Source: Kudoa neothunni
Taxonomy: Eukaryota > Animalia > Cnidaria
Assembly (NCBI GenBank): GCA_964304625.1
Contig: OZ199840.1
Coordinates: forward strand, 8,643,487 to 8,707,486
DNA length: 64,000 nucleotides
Direction of reading: 5' to 3'
The translations under genes and the position numbers were made by a program. Below the pieces are notes generated by a model. The model saw only the letters and a program-made list of their open reading frames with translations, was not told the origin of the DNA and searched no databases. Below, piece after piece: positions 1-14,070 of this stretch (position 1 is its first letter; every line of letters starts with the position of its first letter).

Positions 1-572
1 GTATCAGTGCAACCCTAGTTTGGACCATCAAACGGTCAACCATATAATAAATTTTGTTGATGGTGAAAACTAGGGTTGCATCGAATGTTGTTGGAATGTA
101 ATGAAAACCCCACTACTGAAAATATGGAAGGGGTAAAATTCGATCGCATCGAATTCCATCATCGTAAAGCGTGATACAGATCAAGAGGAAACAAAAGAAT
201 TGATCTCCACCATAACTTCTCTAAGTTATTGAGTATTTCAAATTAAATTATTTCACGCCGTAAATCGCCATTTTCTGTTTTATTGATGTGTTGTATCTTG
301 AGACTTTTTCTTATTTTTACAATGTATATTAACTTCAATGGAATAAAGTCAAAATTTATTTGTATTTAAAAAATAGTGTTTTTAATGAATCAAATAATTA
401 ATGTTAAATAATTTTATAAATATATTAATCAACCTTGGGAGAATCAAAATCATTACTCAAGAATTACTTTTATTTAACGTAATTATAAAAATTGTTGAAA
501 TAATATTATTTTTTGTTGATGCTTTCATTTCCTTACAACTGATGTTAATCCTTATCTACTGTCTACTATATA

Positions 573-1216
573 CATTAATGGATCGGTCGTACGTAACCCC
601 CTTGGGGATGAAGAAATTGTACATACTACCGGTCCCGACTGGATAGTACGTAATTTTTGTTCAAAATTCCGATTTAAAAATGAATAAACATCTGGACTAA
701 AATCAGACATATACTCCCACTTTTTTGAGACATGATGTTTAAAATAGTTGCCAAGCCTTTTTAAATAAAATAAGTCCATCTCTAAAAGGCTTAATTTTTG
801 ATCAATAAAATCATCATCTGTTTCTGAATTATTGGGGGGGGGCTGTCATTGTGCCATTGTTATTTCCGTGAATTAGGGGGGACATCATTATAGACCACAT
901 TACTACGTATCTACAACATGTTTCTATGTTTTTCCTTTATTTTTCAACTACTTACCACATTTATTTAATTATAAAAACTTTCTAATTGATTAATCGTGAT
1001 AAAAAGAAAGAAAACGCTTGATTTAATCACACGGTCAAAGCAAAAAGGTACGTACGGCCGATCCTCACGTGACTTTCGATTTTTCATTTTTTTCGTACTA
1101 ATTATGCTTATAAATTATTTAGAGCGAGTAATAATAACATTTTGAAATCATTTTGAATACGAGAGAACATTTTAATATGTAAAATAACTAAAGTACGTAC
1201 GGCTGGTCCATTACTC
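573..1216. mobile_element. Tc1/mariner-type non-autonomous element (MITE), copy 1
   Basis: Imperfect TIRs (ca-ttaatggatcggtcgtacg ... cgtacggctggtccattact) flanked by TA. The body is closely similar to 29475-30162. Confidence 0.7.
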
Positions 1217-3603
1217 TACAAAAGCTGAAGTGTCCTTGTGTATCAGCATGTGCGTCAAAATTTTTTAAAAATTAAAATGTTTTAAAAAATCTTTAAATCT
1301 GTTTCACACCTCTTTATTTTCCCAAAAGTGTTTAGAAAATGATGATTTTGTCAGTTCCAAATTTGTTTATCGGTTTACTCGAGTTCAACAATGGGATTAA
1401 CACCGGCTCATGTCACGGTGAAGGTCGGATAAAATTAAAATTCTCCCTTACACGCTCTATTATAGGTCAATTAAGCGATGCCATCTATCTTTATGTATAA
1501 GGTTGGCGTTCTTTTTTGCGTTTTTGTGCAAATACACTCCTTATTTGCGGAGTTATATCGTATTTGACTTGAAAAAAACATTTTGAAGGTTCTATTAGTG
1601 GTTTTAGATGTGATAAAAAATCTATATGTGTAAGAATAACAGATTGGTGTATAACGTTAAAATTACATTGATTGGATCATTGTAATGTAACGACTGCGTC
1701 CGTAGATTTCATTTAAATCGTCCGCTAAGTTTAACGTTCCGTGTTTAAATTCAATGTAGATGGTTGTACTTGTTGTTCACCTAATTATTTAAATTTTTTA
1801 TGTTGAGTTTATCGCGATTTGTAGCTGTTTATGTGAAAAAGTGCGTTAAGCTCTCGCCGGGCCAAGGGATATTAATTTGAGCAATAAAAATTAATTTTCG
1901 TCCATTTTCTTCAATCTCTATATCTTTTTCTATTTATTTGTCTCCCGTAAATAGTGGTGCAAAAAATTTTTGAGTCGGCAATAAAGAAAGTCTAGGGTAA
2001 TATTTTAGCGGGATTTAAATAATTCGGGAATGCAAAAAAATACGATACTAGCAATAAATTGTTTAGCATTGGTACCGGGGTCACGATATTTTTAAATGGA
2101 CGCCGGGATTGATACTTTCCTTCACAGAAATGATCATAATTTAAATTTCGCTAATCCAAATCGTTGAAAGTATGCCAATTCAAAATTTTTAGTTATTTTG
2201 CATCTATGGATTAATTTGAAACTTCAATATATTTTGTTAATATTATTAAGAAACGCATCTGTGAGAAATCTACCCTAAAGTGTGCTTGGCAGTTCCCGCC
2301 ACTATAACAACTGACAAATGTTTAAACTTTTTTTAGTATGATTTCGAGAGATTGTATCACATAAAGTGAAATTCTACTTCGTTTTACTTTTTTTATTTAG
2401 TGTATTAAGCTAGAAATTAATGTTATGAATTTGATATAATGTGAGTTTCGAAATCTAAAACGTACTAATTTTTCTTGCTTCTTGTATTTTATTCAATTTA
2501 AAATTTAAATTTAATGCGCTCAATCGATTCCTTTATTTTTACCATCTATATTTTTTCATCGCAAAAAAAACATTTTGAACCAACTTAGGATACCGATTTT
2601 TCCTTCTTTAGTAAGAGGTCACGATTAAAAATTACTCTAAATACTCATAGTTTTAGGGAGTACATCTACTAGGCCTCAATAATTAAATTAGAATCCAAAT
2701 TTATTTACTGGATTCGAAAAGCCCACAAATGTGGATGCTTTATATAAAACAGCACATATCATGAAATTTGGCTCCACAACTAAATTAACCCCATCGTTAA
2801 ATTACTAATTGTAATTTATCTTTAAATATCTAGGGGTTTTAAAGAAATGTTTTAGTAAATATCATAACAAATAAGCGTACCAGCATATTGCGATATTATC
2901 GATTTTTCGACAGTAACAATCGCAATGATAAAAACGTTTTAATAATTAATCCTTGCAAAATTTAATTAATCCAATTTTGAATCGTCTAATATGAGAGAAC
3001 AATGGGATCATTCATGAAATCTTTAAACAAATGATTATATTCACTATGAACCATATTAAAGAGGACCACTCATGAAACTCGTTTTCTAGTCCTTATCTCT
3101 TCCTAACTCAATAATACTAAAAGCGATATACCCATTAGTAAATAAAATTGTAATAAATTAAGACGATAAAACTTTTTAAACACAAGATTTAATATTGTTT
3201 ATAAAATTAAAAGTTTCAATATTTCTTAAAGGAAATATTTTCCTCGAGCCCACCTATTTGTTTTCACAGTTGGACATAAACCCGACATAATTTATACTCT
3301 ATTTTATTGTATTTAATAAATAAGTAAATTAATTTAAATTTTTGATACAGTTTGAATAATTTACGTTTTATTTGTCCCTGAAGATGCTAGGTTAAATCAA
3401 AGTGATTTTCATTAAAAAATGTATACTGTGCTTCATCATACTTATCGTTAAAAAATCGGATATATAATAATATTACTAAAGCATATGGTCGGTATGTTTA
3501 GCTAATTGAAAATTTTCTTAATCATATTCACGTATTAACTGTTCGCCTATTCTTTATATACGATAATTATTCCAGATTCCGAAATATTTATTACAAATTT
3601 TAT

Positions 3604-5066
3604 ATGAAAAAAATTAATTCTCTATTTTATAAAATAATATTTATTTTATCGTTTACTTTATGTTTTTCTGGTAATTACCATATTTATTTTTCAATTCTAC
3701 CACTAATTAGACCCCATATTACCATCTTATGAAAGAGATGAGGGAGATTGGCCCATCGATGTCGTTAAAAGTATGGATAATGTCATTGACCGTTGGTTTA
3801 TTGATATCAATGATGCCAAATGTAAGCCTCTAGAATATCGAGGTATCAAAGGGAATTATAACAATTTTGCATCAAAGGGACTTTGTGAAATGCATGGTAT
3901 GTTTTGAATATAAACTTGGATTATATATATTATCTAAAGGTAGGTTGACCCAAAGGGAAAAACTACAAGGATGTGAAAAACCAATGCATCCAGGACATTG
4001 TGTAAAAAATCAAGGAATAAAAAAGATGTACTACTTTGATCAAACAGCTGCCAGATGCGTTGAATTCAACTATAATGGATGTGGCGGAAGTTTTAATAGA
4101 TATGAAAGTGATAGTGAATGTTATTTATATTGTTTAAGTATATTAAATTGAATAACATACTAAAAATTAATGTACGTTTTACATTAGATAAAAAGAATGG
4201 AGGACTCACTAACGCTGACGATAAAAATATAGATTCTCTCGATAAAAAGGACAACTATTTAGTACCGAATTCTTTAGATTGTGATCTAAAGCCGGACGTC
4301 AAAGATAAAGACCCAGGCACTGCGATTATTGCTGATACCAATAACAACAAGTGTGCGTTTGCTGCAGTCTCAATTGATTCGAATACAAGAGGAATATTCA
4401 GGACATTTTCTGAATGTGTCAACAAATGTTATCGTATACACATTATTTGATTTCAGCTTTTTAATATTTTATAGCACATAAATATAATGAAAACGGCGAT
4501 ACTGTAACAGAAAAGAATAAGAGGGTTGCGGCATGTGATACTGAGCCTCATCAAAATGCATTCACTAATGAACAACAAGTTATATTCAGATACTATTACG
4601 ACTTTACCAATAAAGTATGCAAGCGCATGGAAACTGGCCAGCCAACGGGCAGTGAACCGGACTTTAATAGAGACAACAATAGCTTTCCAACGATGGAAAT
4701 GTGTCATAGTTATTGTGGTGCAGGTACAAATTTGTTTAAATAAGGAGTAAAGTTGGCGATTTTACACATTAGGTTCAATTTTATTATTTAAACTTATTAA
4801 ATATAAATATAGAAAATTACAAGAAGGAAATAAAGATTGAAGAAACCTGTACTCAACCAATGGATGGAAAGTGGACAGCAGGTGGATCATTTAAAGTAAA
4901 AAGATACTATTACAAATTGGCCGGAAATAAATGCAAAGCGTTCAATTACAAGGGGTTCGACGGTAACTCAAACAATTTTAAAAGTGGGGTGCAATGTCAA
5001 AAAATATGTGGTGGCCATTATAACATGGGTAAAACAATTGAGATAGATGAGGAGCTGGAGAGTTGA
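3604..5066 (+). CDS. Secreted five-domain Kunitz/BPTI-type protein, paralogue K1 (6 exons, ~399 aa, intact)
   Basis: ATG 3604 starts signal peptide MKKINSLFYKIIFILSFTLCFS. GT-AG introns at 3671-3710, 3897-3939, 4138-4187, 4434-4474 and 4724-4812, all phase 1. Spliced CDS is 1200 nt, open to TGA 5064-5066. Kunitz motifs include CVEFNYNGCGGSFNRYESDSECYLYC and CKAFNYKGFDGNSNNF..C...C. Confidence 0.92.
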
Positions 5067-6357
5067 TTAGAAGCGAATCATATATTTACCTCTACTGCAA
5101 TAAACGTATTAAATATTAGTTTTACGTCTGTTATAACTTTTAACTAAACCTTTTTAATCTGATAAATTCCATCATATATGCGTGATATAATTTAAACTGA
5201 CAGTACTAATAACTAAAAAGGTGCAGTAAAATTTTTTTCTCTGTGATGTTCTATTTGAATCAAAACATATAATTATATATACTTCGCGCTTTTGGGATTA
5301 ATTATTTCTTTCGTTATGATTACTCACAATGAGATCAAAAATTTCCCGGATTATGCGGATAGGTTATTTGAAACCCGCCACTAGAAAGCTGTTTAAAATA
5401 TTTTGGAAATTTTTTAATTCATAAATGCTTCAATTATCAGTTGTGATTATTTATCAATAAATCTGTTATCAAAGATGAGCAACTATATTTTACCAAATTT
5501 TGTTCCATACTTATTTTTTCAAAATTATTTTTTAGATAAAAAATTTTAATAAATTATATTTACCATAAAAACATTATTCAAAAAACTGAAGTATAATGAG
5601 AAAAACTGAGGAGCGACCTTTTGCGTCCGCCAATAAATACGATAGGTGACGGATAGGTCGTGGGCACTAAGATGGGAATTGAGTTCGAGATGCCACGACC
5701 CGTCAAGCCGTCATGACGCATGAAAACAAGACAAAATGTTAATGTGGTATCTTGCAATTTAGTCTGTTCTATTCATGACTTTGTTTGCATTCATATTTAA
5801 AGGTATATTAATAAAAATAAACTTTTATAACAATGATATAAAGGTTTAATATGATTAATCTAGTCGGTCTATGACTTTAATTTGTAAAAACAAACCATTT
5901 AGACAACGTGATGATAATACCAATTATTTCTATCAATAAAAATTAAAAAGAAATAATAAATGCAATTCACACATCCAATTTTATTACGATCAACATTATT
6001 TTTTATTTTAATCGTAAGGTTTGGACGATTTTAAATGAAAACATGCAGAGAACTTTATTAACGAATCATTATATCTTAAGGAAGTGTCGCATAACAAATA
6101 AATTATTTTCTGTACTCAAGAGAAATAGCAGTAAGAGTCAGTAATCAAAATAAATTTAATATATATTGATATGCATAAACTTCATAAAATTAATTAATAT
6201 ATTCAATAAAATTTAATTAAAAGTTTTTAGCATACTTATTAGTTGGATTTTGCATTGGAAAAATTATTAATATTTTACTGGTAAAGCTCTGACATTCTTG
6301 AATCGTAAATCGTCGTTTCTAGATCTATCTATGACCGTAAATAACATTTGATGATAG

Positions 6358-7560
6358 CAGTGGCTATTCTCATGGAAACGAATAGTTCCTCCGTTATAGA
6401 AGATACTTAAATTCTGATTTCTTATTTGAATTTAAAAACTTATTAATCTAATTAATTTACGATGCAAAAATTATTATAAAATTTTAAGAATAAAAATTTG
6501 ACATTTTCCCTGTCCTATTTACATTGTTCACTAGTAGTACACTCACGTTTTTGAGTCTAATATGTAATATAAACATTATAATTGAAATAAAATGTAATCA
6601 TATCCAATGGTGGTTAGAAACCTTTAGTTTAATACGTCCCATAGCAAGCAGTCGAACTTAGAATAAGTCATCTCCAATCATTTACGAAGCATGTACGTTT
6701 CTATCTAAACATTTTTTAATATAAATTTAACAAAATTGTCGTTAATTAATGTGTATTAGTTGGATTCAAACTATTTTACACGAATGTAAACCACTTTTAA
6801 CATATATCTATAAGATTATGCCATAATTTCGGGGAATGTTCATTGTTTTGTCCCTACAAATATATTTACTTTAACCAGAAGTATGGGAAATGTTTACATG
6901 ATACCTATTCGTGAATTCAAAACATATAAATACGGGAAATTATGATTTTTAGTTTAAGAGTAAACCTATACATCTTAATTTAAACTCATTTATCAATTTT
7001 TAGCAGGCAGGATGATTCTAAATTTGTTGCATCAATTCCTCTGGTAATGTCTCAATGGATAAATTGATAAAACGAAAATGTTTGATGGTGATTTTTGGTG
7101 TATCCTTTCGGCATGGCGAAATTTCGCCGGCTGATCCACTAGCCATGGTTGTTTAGATGTACGCCCAAACAAATTTCTCCAAAATAACCACATTCGAAAT
7201 TTTAACGGTAATGTAATATTTTTTAATAAGAGGTATAGGTTTATGCAAATCAATATAAAAGTGCTTCGTAGGAAGAAATAATGACACCACTTTTCAGACT
7301 TATTCCATGTAATTGGTATTTTATATCTTACGAAATCTTAAATTACTCTTCTCCAACAAAGTGCAAGATATAAACTTGTTCTACAGATTTCGTTTATTTC
7401 AAAGTTCTTTAAAACTTAGATATAATCTCACGAAATAGAACGCCCTATAATCAATCAGGATTCACGCGCATATTCAGACATAGTGGGTGGCACAAGAATA
7501 CGCGAACAGAACCGGTTCTACTTATTAGTAAATGTTTTTACATTTAATTTCAACTAAATG
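6358..7560 (+). mobile_element. Truncated copy of the long-TIR DNA element at 60719-62323
   Basis: Starts with the same CAGTGGCTATTCTCATGGAAAC terminus and is collinear with ~60719-62100. The right TIR is missing. Confidence 0.75.
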
Positions 7561-8024
7561 TTCATACAGTAGATAACCTATTTTCTGTAGTGACCGATTT
7601 TCGGTAACTTCGGAGTTTCTTCCATTAGAATATTGTTTTAATATTCTAAACCATATATTTGATTTTTTTAGGTTTTAATAATAATTTACAAAAATTTTAA
7701 AAATTGAGCATTTTAAAGTGGAATTTTTCGCATTAATAGCGTTTAACCGATTTTCCGTAACTTTTTAGCGCTAGGAGGATTTAGTGACGTACCTTTTTTT
7801 AACATTTATATCTGAAAAAATTAAAAATGAAGAAATAATAAAAAAAACATAAATTTTTTGATTTTTTTAAGATATATTAAACAGGAGTGCAAAAATACTA
7901 CTTTTAGTAAATTTTAGCTCCTTTCGATTACTACCCTAGATATCATCTTGATTAGGAAGAAAGATATAGTTTTATCTTATAAACTGGTTTGGCTACTTTA
8001 GAGAAAAAAAAATTTAAAACAGTG

Positions 8025-8075
8025 TTCAAATAATGACATCGATCCTATACTATAGGATCGATGTCATTATTTGAA
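8025..8075. repeat. Perfect 25-bp-arm palindrome with 1-nt spacer
   Basis: ttcaaataatgacatcgatcctata-c-tataggatcgatgtcattatttgaa; the arms are exact reverse complements. Confidence 0.95.
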
Positions 8076-8329
8076 ATAAAAAAATTGAGCTATCTGATCA
8101 TGATATCGTACATGAAACAAACCAATTGACAAAATAGTTGAACCTAAGCGTAGTAACGATCCATGATTGTTTCGTGGTTTTAAATCGCGATTTATTAAAA
8201 AATATCACTGCTTAAGGTGATGTTGCTTATGTTGACTTAAGTTTTGTAGAAAATCGGTAAGCTAAATTGAATGATTAAGTCAAAGGTAACAAAGATAATT
8301 GTATCAATAACCTTGAAGAAACTACACTA

Positions 8330-8870
8330 TTTTACTAACAACATAGAGTTCTATTATTTTTCATGCTATGTTTCGTCGAGAGAAGAAAATCTGAAAAATA
8401 GTTGCTGTTTTGCGACGTGCATCTACGCCTGGAGGTTGCATTGAATCTCTTATGATTTGAAATTACAAAAACCATGTTTTAAAAATACTAAATAAAACAT
8501 TTCTAGTAAAATACAAATAAAACAGGAAAGAATGGATGACTAAGGAATCATTCAAGAAATATCTTCCTAATTTTAACAATAAATTTAAAACGACATACAA
8601 GAGAGTTTACTACTTCTTAATAATGCCACTTGCCACGCCGAAATTCATTTGTCCAATATCTCGCTTATATTCCTTACAAATAATTCAACTAGAGTTTGGC
8701 AACTATTAGACCATTGAATCATTTTCTTTTTCAAATCAAATCAAATTACAAAAATAATTTAATAGAAAGCCATATTGCTGCAGTTAGCAGTGATATAAAT
8801 ACATCCTCCCAAGGTATGCTCAAACATTGTTCCTAATTATAAATAATGGACAGTGTTTCAAAGTATATTG
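8330..8870 (+). pseudogene. Degenerate pogo/Tigger (DDE_1-type) transposase fragment
   Basis: Broken frames read NRKEWMTKESF... and LLLNNATCHAEIHLSNISLIFLTNNST..QLLD..II, matching the Tigger motifs N.KAWMT...F and LLLDNA..H...LSNI.L.FLP.N.T..QPLD.GII. Confidence 0.7.
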
Positions 8871-11049
8871 TATTTAATTGATTCATAAAATAACGTTTGT
8901 ATTGAAATTTTAATTTCATAAATATTTATAACAATAAATGAACTATCATTCAATAATTTTTCGAAGGAAAATAACTTAGTCGACCTTTTTTCTATAAAAT
9001 TATTTTAAATCTCGAAGTGCTGATTTTATATAACTAGATGAATTGATATACCCCATACGTTAATTAAGAAGACGTGAACTTGTGTTAATGAGGTGTGTTT
9101 GCAACTATGATTGTAAATAAACTATTTTACGATATGATTATAGATTAAATGATTACGTTTACATGTACATTTATTTGATATACTGAACTTTCTTGATAAA
9201 TATCACCAATTATCATATTAGTATTAATGTTAACTCTACGTAACATTACCACTTAATTTACTTTAAAAGAGATATTTCCTGTCAGCAAATATATACGTAA
9301 CTAATTACCATCGAATAATAATAATGCTAAATCTAGTCAAAATGTGACAGTAATAGAAATCACCATAGAAAAATTTAAACTCTGTTCTAAACGCTTATAA
9401 AATGCATAAGTCTATACAAACCAACATAAGTTAATGTCCGCAGAATATTGAAGTGGTTTTATCTTAGTTCAATAATTCCTATTAAAATAATTGAATCTAT
9501 ATTAGGGATAATATGATTTAAAACTATTAAATCATTAAATATTGGTATAACATGTTTATTTAAAATGATGTAACTAACTTTAATTACAAAGTGAAATCAA
9601 CGATATAAATTCAAAATATGATAAGCGGGTATAAAATAACGAGTTAAATGAAAGAAGGAATGTTATAAATATAAGTATAATGCTATCGAATAAATTTTAG
9701 ATATTAAACTTCAAGCAAATGAAAAGACAGGAATGAATGAAATTTCCGAAACATGTTCAAGTTCAACTAAGTTACTTACTAATGACTCGTCTTAAGGCTT
9801 GTATAATGTGCATAGTGACCGGAAAATAGATGACCCCTAAATCAATAAAAAATACAAACAAAATAATATCAATTTTTTTGTATATTTGATTTAAATTTAA
9901 AATTCCCCTCTAATGTTAGAACATTAGGGCGCCCTAAGGGTTCTAATCTAACCGTCATTAGATAAACAAAAAAGACGACGAGAAATTTAAATTCATATAT
10001 CCGTATAAAAACAATATTATCTTCCATAAAATATATATATATATATAATATATCCATCATTTGATAATTTGTTATTCGTTTTTATAAAATAACAAAACAG
10101 GTTTAAAATCACAATAATTGGATCTTAAGATCCAGTTATAACCGTTTATATAATACTAATAAACGGAGTAAAGTATTATTTATTGTTTTTTACCTATATT
10201 TGGTGAAAACATATTACAGCAAGTACATAGTTTCGTATGAGAATTACGACACATATATTAAAGGTTACTTAGAATCCAACCTAAATACAAATTCTTGAGG
10301 AATGTGTCCGCTTAATTCATTCGGTGTTGGCCAATTTCTAATTAAAAAGTTAACTAATTTATTTTCTTTTAAAAAAAAGTTATGATAGTTCATTTGTTGT
10401 TATATGTATTTATGAAATTAAAATTTTGATACGAGCGTTATTTTAGGAGATATTCCCATCCGTTGCAATAGCCTTTGCTTATTAGATAGTGCAGAGTTAT
10501 TACGCACTCGAGTCTTTGTCCCAAAAAAGTGCATAGAATCCCTGCACAACTGTTTTCATGGTTACAAAGTTAAATATTTTGATTCTCGAGCTTAATCCTA
10601 ATGTGCGGCTCCGGAAGTAAAAAAATTTTTCCTACCATCAATAATTGGCCCTCCCGGTCGTATCGGTTGTCGACCCCTGAAATTGACATTTTCCATCGGA
10701 TATATGATTTGTGTGGGGGTCACCTTATAAAACTTTGACGTACTCGATCTGATACTTGAATCTATTTTCGCATAACTACAGCAAGATTTCCGGAAAAGTT
10801 CATGTAAATCATCGAATTATGGTCAATCAATAGGTTGCACCCCCAAATTTGTGACGAAAATTTTGGTAAAAAAGTTGTGACTGAAATGCGAGTATATAAA
10901 AAAAATATGAAAGCATACTGTATGATTTGAACAATTAATAATTTTAATTATAGATAAATAAAAGCGGTTTTAAAAATATCGGAGTAAAAACTAAACAATT
11001 GAAATTTCTCTAATTAGATAATAAGGCAAAAATTCGTAAATATTAGAGA

Positions 11050-14000
11050 TTAATTTTTCTTCTTAAAAACAACGAACCCAATAGCACCCAAGATCAAAGC
11101 TCCAATGACGGCTACCGCAATCATTCTAAAACAATATTAATTAAAGTTTAAGAAAGTATTAAAATAATACATGACCATAGTTTTAGAACTAAATAAAAAA
11201 TCAATTAATTTTATAAATATTAATCGAACAAACCTTGAACTGCTTTTAGCTCCTAAAAGAAACAATCTAAATTATCTATCTAATATACTATGTTTTACCT
11301 TGCTCAATAATAGCCATCCCATAAACTGTTGGATCGGTAGAACTGTACACAGTCAAGTGATAATTGTTGCCATCTGCTAATCCATTGATAGTGAATTTTC
11401 TGCATGATGGGAACTTTCTACATCCAATATCACTGCGACTCATGCATTTCTTAATAATTGCAAGCGATTTGGCACTCGCATTACGTAATTCCCATCTACA
11501 CTTGGAATTTTCATTAAGACTTGATGGAAGGGTGTTTTCTATAACAAATGATTCACCATCCCTTGTTATTGTCACATATATTATTTTGTCATTTTCTGTT
11601 GGATTCCCCTTTGGAGCAGCTATTTAAGACGAGTAGATTTATTATTAGTATTAATATCAAAAATATTCTTACTAGCTACTAACGTAATTTCTTTTGGATC
11701 CGATTTTCTCACTGCAGTAATAATCACTTTATACTCTTCATTTGCATCATAATCGTTGAATTTAATAGAACTACACAGTGGAAATGAGGAGCATGTGTTT
11801 AAATGGGTCGGGTTCGCATTTGTAGCAGCTGTGGTGGTTGAAGCGACATTGCTATCAGTTTTAGGTTGCGAACTAGATTCAGATCTTGCAATTTTTAATC
11901 CATTAATTTTTGATTTTAGACCTTGAATTTGACTAACACTAATTTGAGGTTGGCTAGGGTCTAGATTAGGATTTTGTTCGACTGGTGGGTTTTGTGGAGT
12001 ATTTTGAGCTTGTGGAGCAGCTGCTGGCGTCTGTGATTCTTTGCAAACGTAAGCATCTTCAAACTTGTCATCTTTTTTTACTTGGATTGTATAGTGGCAA
12101 ATGGCTTCTGGGACTTTTTTGGACAATTGTGCATTCAATTCCAATCCTTGCTCGGTGTATTTTTGAGTTATAATCAAGGTTGCCAGACCTATAATGGGTT
12201 GAATGAGTTAATATTTAGATAAATATACTAGTTGTAACATTTGTATATATGTGTTCTTTGTACTCCTTGTCAGCAATGACCTTAATATCGTAAGAAGTAT
12301 TTGGTTCAAGATCAATTATTGTTATTGGATCTCTACATCTTCCTCTACAGGGATTTGTTTCAGTACATTTAGCGGTGTAAAAAGTATTTTTCCCAGCTTG
12401 ACTTAAATAATATTCACAGTTCGGTTCATTTGCCTTATTTCCTTCAGCTGCACCTCCAATAGCTGTTAATGTAGTTGTTGATTCTGTTTTAGTAGGGGAG
12501 ATTGCTTGAAAATTTTTATTATCCTCATTATCTAGTAAATATTATTACTTAAGTTAATATTAAATTTTAAGTTATTACTTGTTCTTATTAGTATTTGTTC
12601 TTTAAAATCGGTCGGATTTGATATATCAGATTCAATTTCGATGATGTATGGTTTTCCTGGTGATAGTTGCTCAATTACTAATTTTTCACATTCAGTTTTA
12701 CAATCACCGCCACTATCCTTTCTACTATCCGTATTACATTTAGTGGTTAATGAAGTATGTTTTATTTTATCAGCAGGGTAATGTTTGAGGGTACAAGTAG
12801 AAAATTTGGTCACAGACCCTTGTTTTAACAATGTTCCGTCAAAAGATACACCACTTGTGGTATATGCAGATAATAATGCGTTTTCATTCTCGGATATTGC
12901 TAATTATTTAATATATATATATATATAATAAGTTAAAATAAAATACGAAATTTTTTTTGGGAAAATCCATTTGAATCAGCATCGGTAGGTTTTGAAAGAT
13001 CGTGATGTCTGGTTTGGATTAAGACGTTGTAAATATCTTTGGGTGTAGTCAGAGTAAGCTCAACATCTTTGCATGGTGCGTAACATTTTCCATTCTTATT
13101 TCCACAGTTTGTTTCGAATATTAGATCATTACCTGCAGAAGTACCATCTTTAATACTGAAAACGCAAATTTCAGAAGATAATGCCAAATCAGTGAATTTA
13201 AGAACAACTTGATTAGAAGCTCCTGTCTTCTTTGTTACGTAATATTGAGGTTTATATATGGCCATATTTCTCTTCATATATGGGTTTGGCATATGATAAA
13301 AGAAACTCGGATAATTCGCACATGTCATCTCATAATGTGGAATAAATAAATCGAAATTTGTAGAATTTTGTTGATTATCAGCATCGCAACTTGTTTGTAC
13401 GGTTCCTCCCACGAACGTCGCGTCTTTGTAGTGGATGGGACACGCAACTGGAGGGCAATTTTTTGATAAAAGTTTTAGTTTCTTACTGTCATCAACAGAT
13501 ATTGTTATTTGGGGATTTACCAGCAAAACTAAATTTAATGAAATAATTTATCGATTTAAAATTATTTAGATTACGTGCGGCCAAACCAAACACTTTTCCA
13601 CCTTTTGGATATGCTTCTGCTTTAACAGTGTTCTCTTCAGCATTATCATATACATACATATATTTTGTTCGTGGGGTGAGTTTATTATATGGAACTTTAC
13701 TAGCTTGACTATCGCAGGTAATTATGCACCTATCGTTGCCATCGGTGCTAATCTTTCCAGGGCAGCTAGTAATTTCTTCATATGCAGCTATTCCGGTTTT
13801 GCTACTATCGTTAGCTGCTTCATTAGACTTCAATAATCGGCACTTTTTATTATTCGAATAAGTAGAACCACCAAGTACGTGCTTTACCACGTTTAACCTA
13901 GTGCCAGTATCATACTCAATTTGGTACTTGAGTGTTGCTGGAGGATCAGGTGTTACATTATTTTGAACCAAATAAAGATATGTAATGTGTACAACTATTA

Positions 14001-14070
14001 TTTGTTAAATAATTATGATAAAACATTAAGTACAGAATAAATAAATCAGGAATTTATGTTTCGCTATCAT
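11050..14070 (-). CDS. Cys-rich FN3-like type I membrane protein, paralogue R-A (10 exons, ~870 aa, intact)
   Basis: ATG 14070 (MIAKHKFLIYLF/FVHITYLYL, hydrophobic leader). Introns at 13995-14033, 13529-13574, 12900-12946, 12532-12578, 12189-12228, 11620-11672, 11253-11298, 11189-11233 and 11126-11170 give a 2613-nt open CDS. FN3-like strand motifs IIDLEPNTSYDIKVIA, IEQLSPGKPYIIEI and INGLADGNNYHLTVY. Ends with TM IAVAVIGALILGAIGFVVF then KKKN*. Confidence 0.88.

Noticed and set aside
8-80. 14-bp inverted repeat tgcaaccctagttt/aaactagggttgca
   Set aside because: It is at the window edge and probably transposon terminal sequence; context is insufficient to classify it.
4453-4750. Overlapping or antisense ORFs over Kunitz and membrane-protein exons (also 31754-32191, 23087-23419, 11364-11627, 53362-53562)
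   Set aside because: They are shadow frames of real exons with no independent coding signal.
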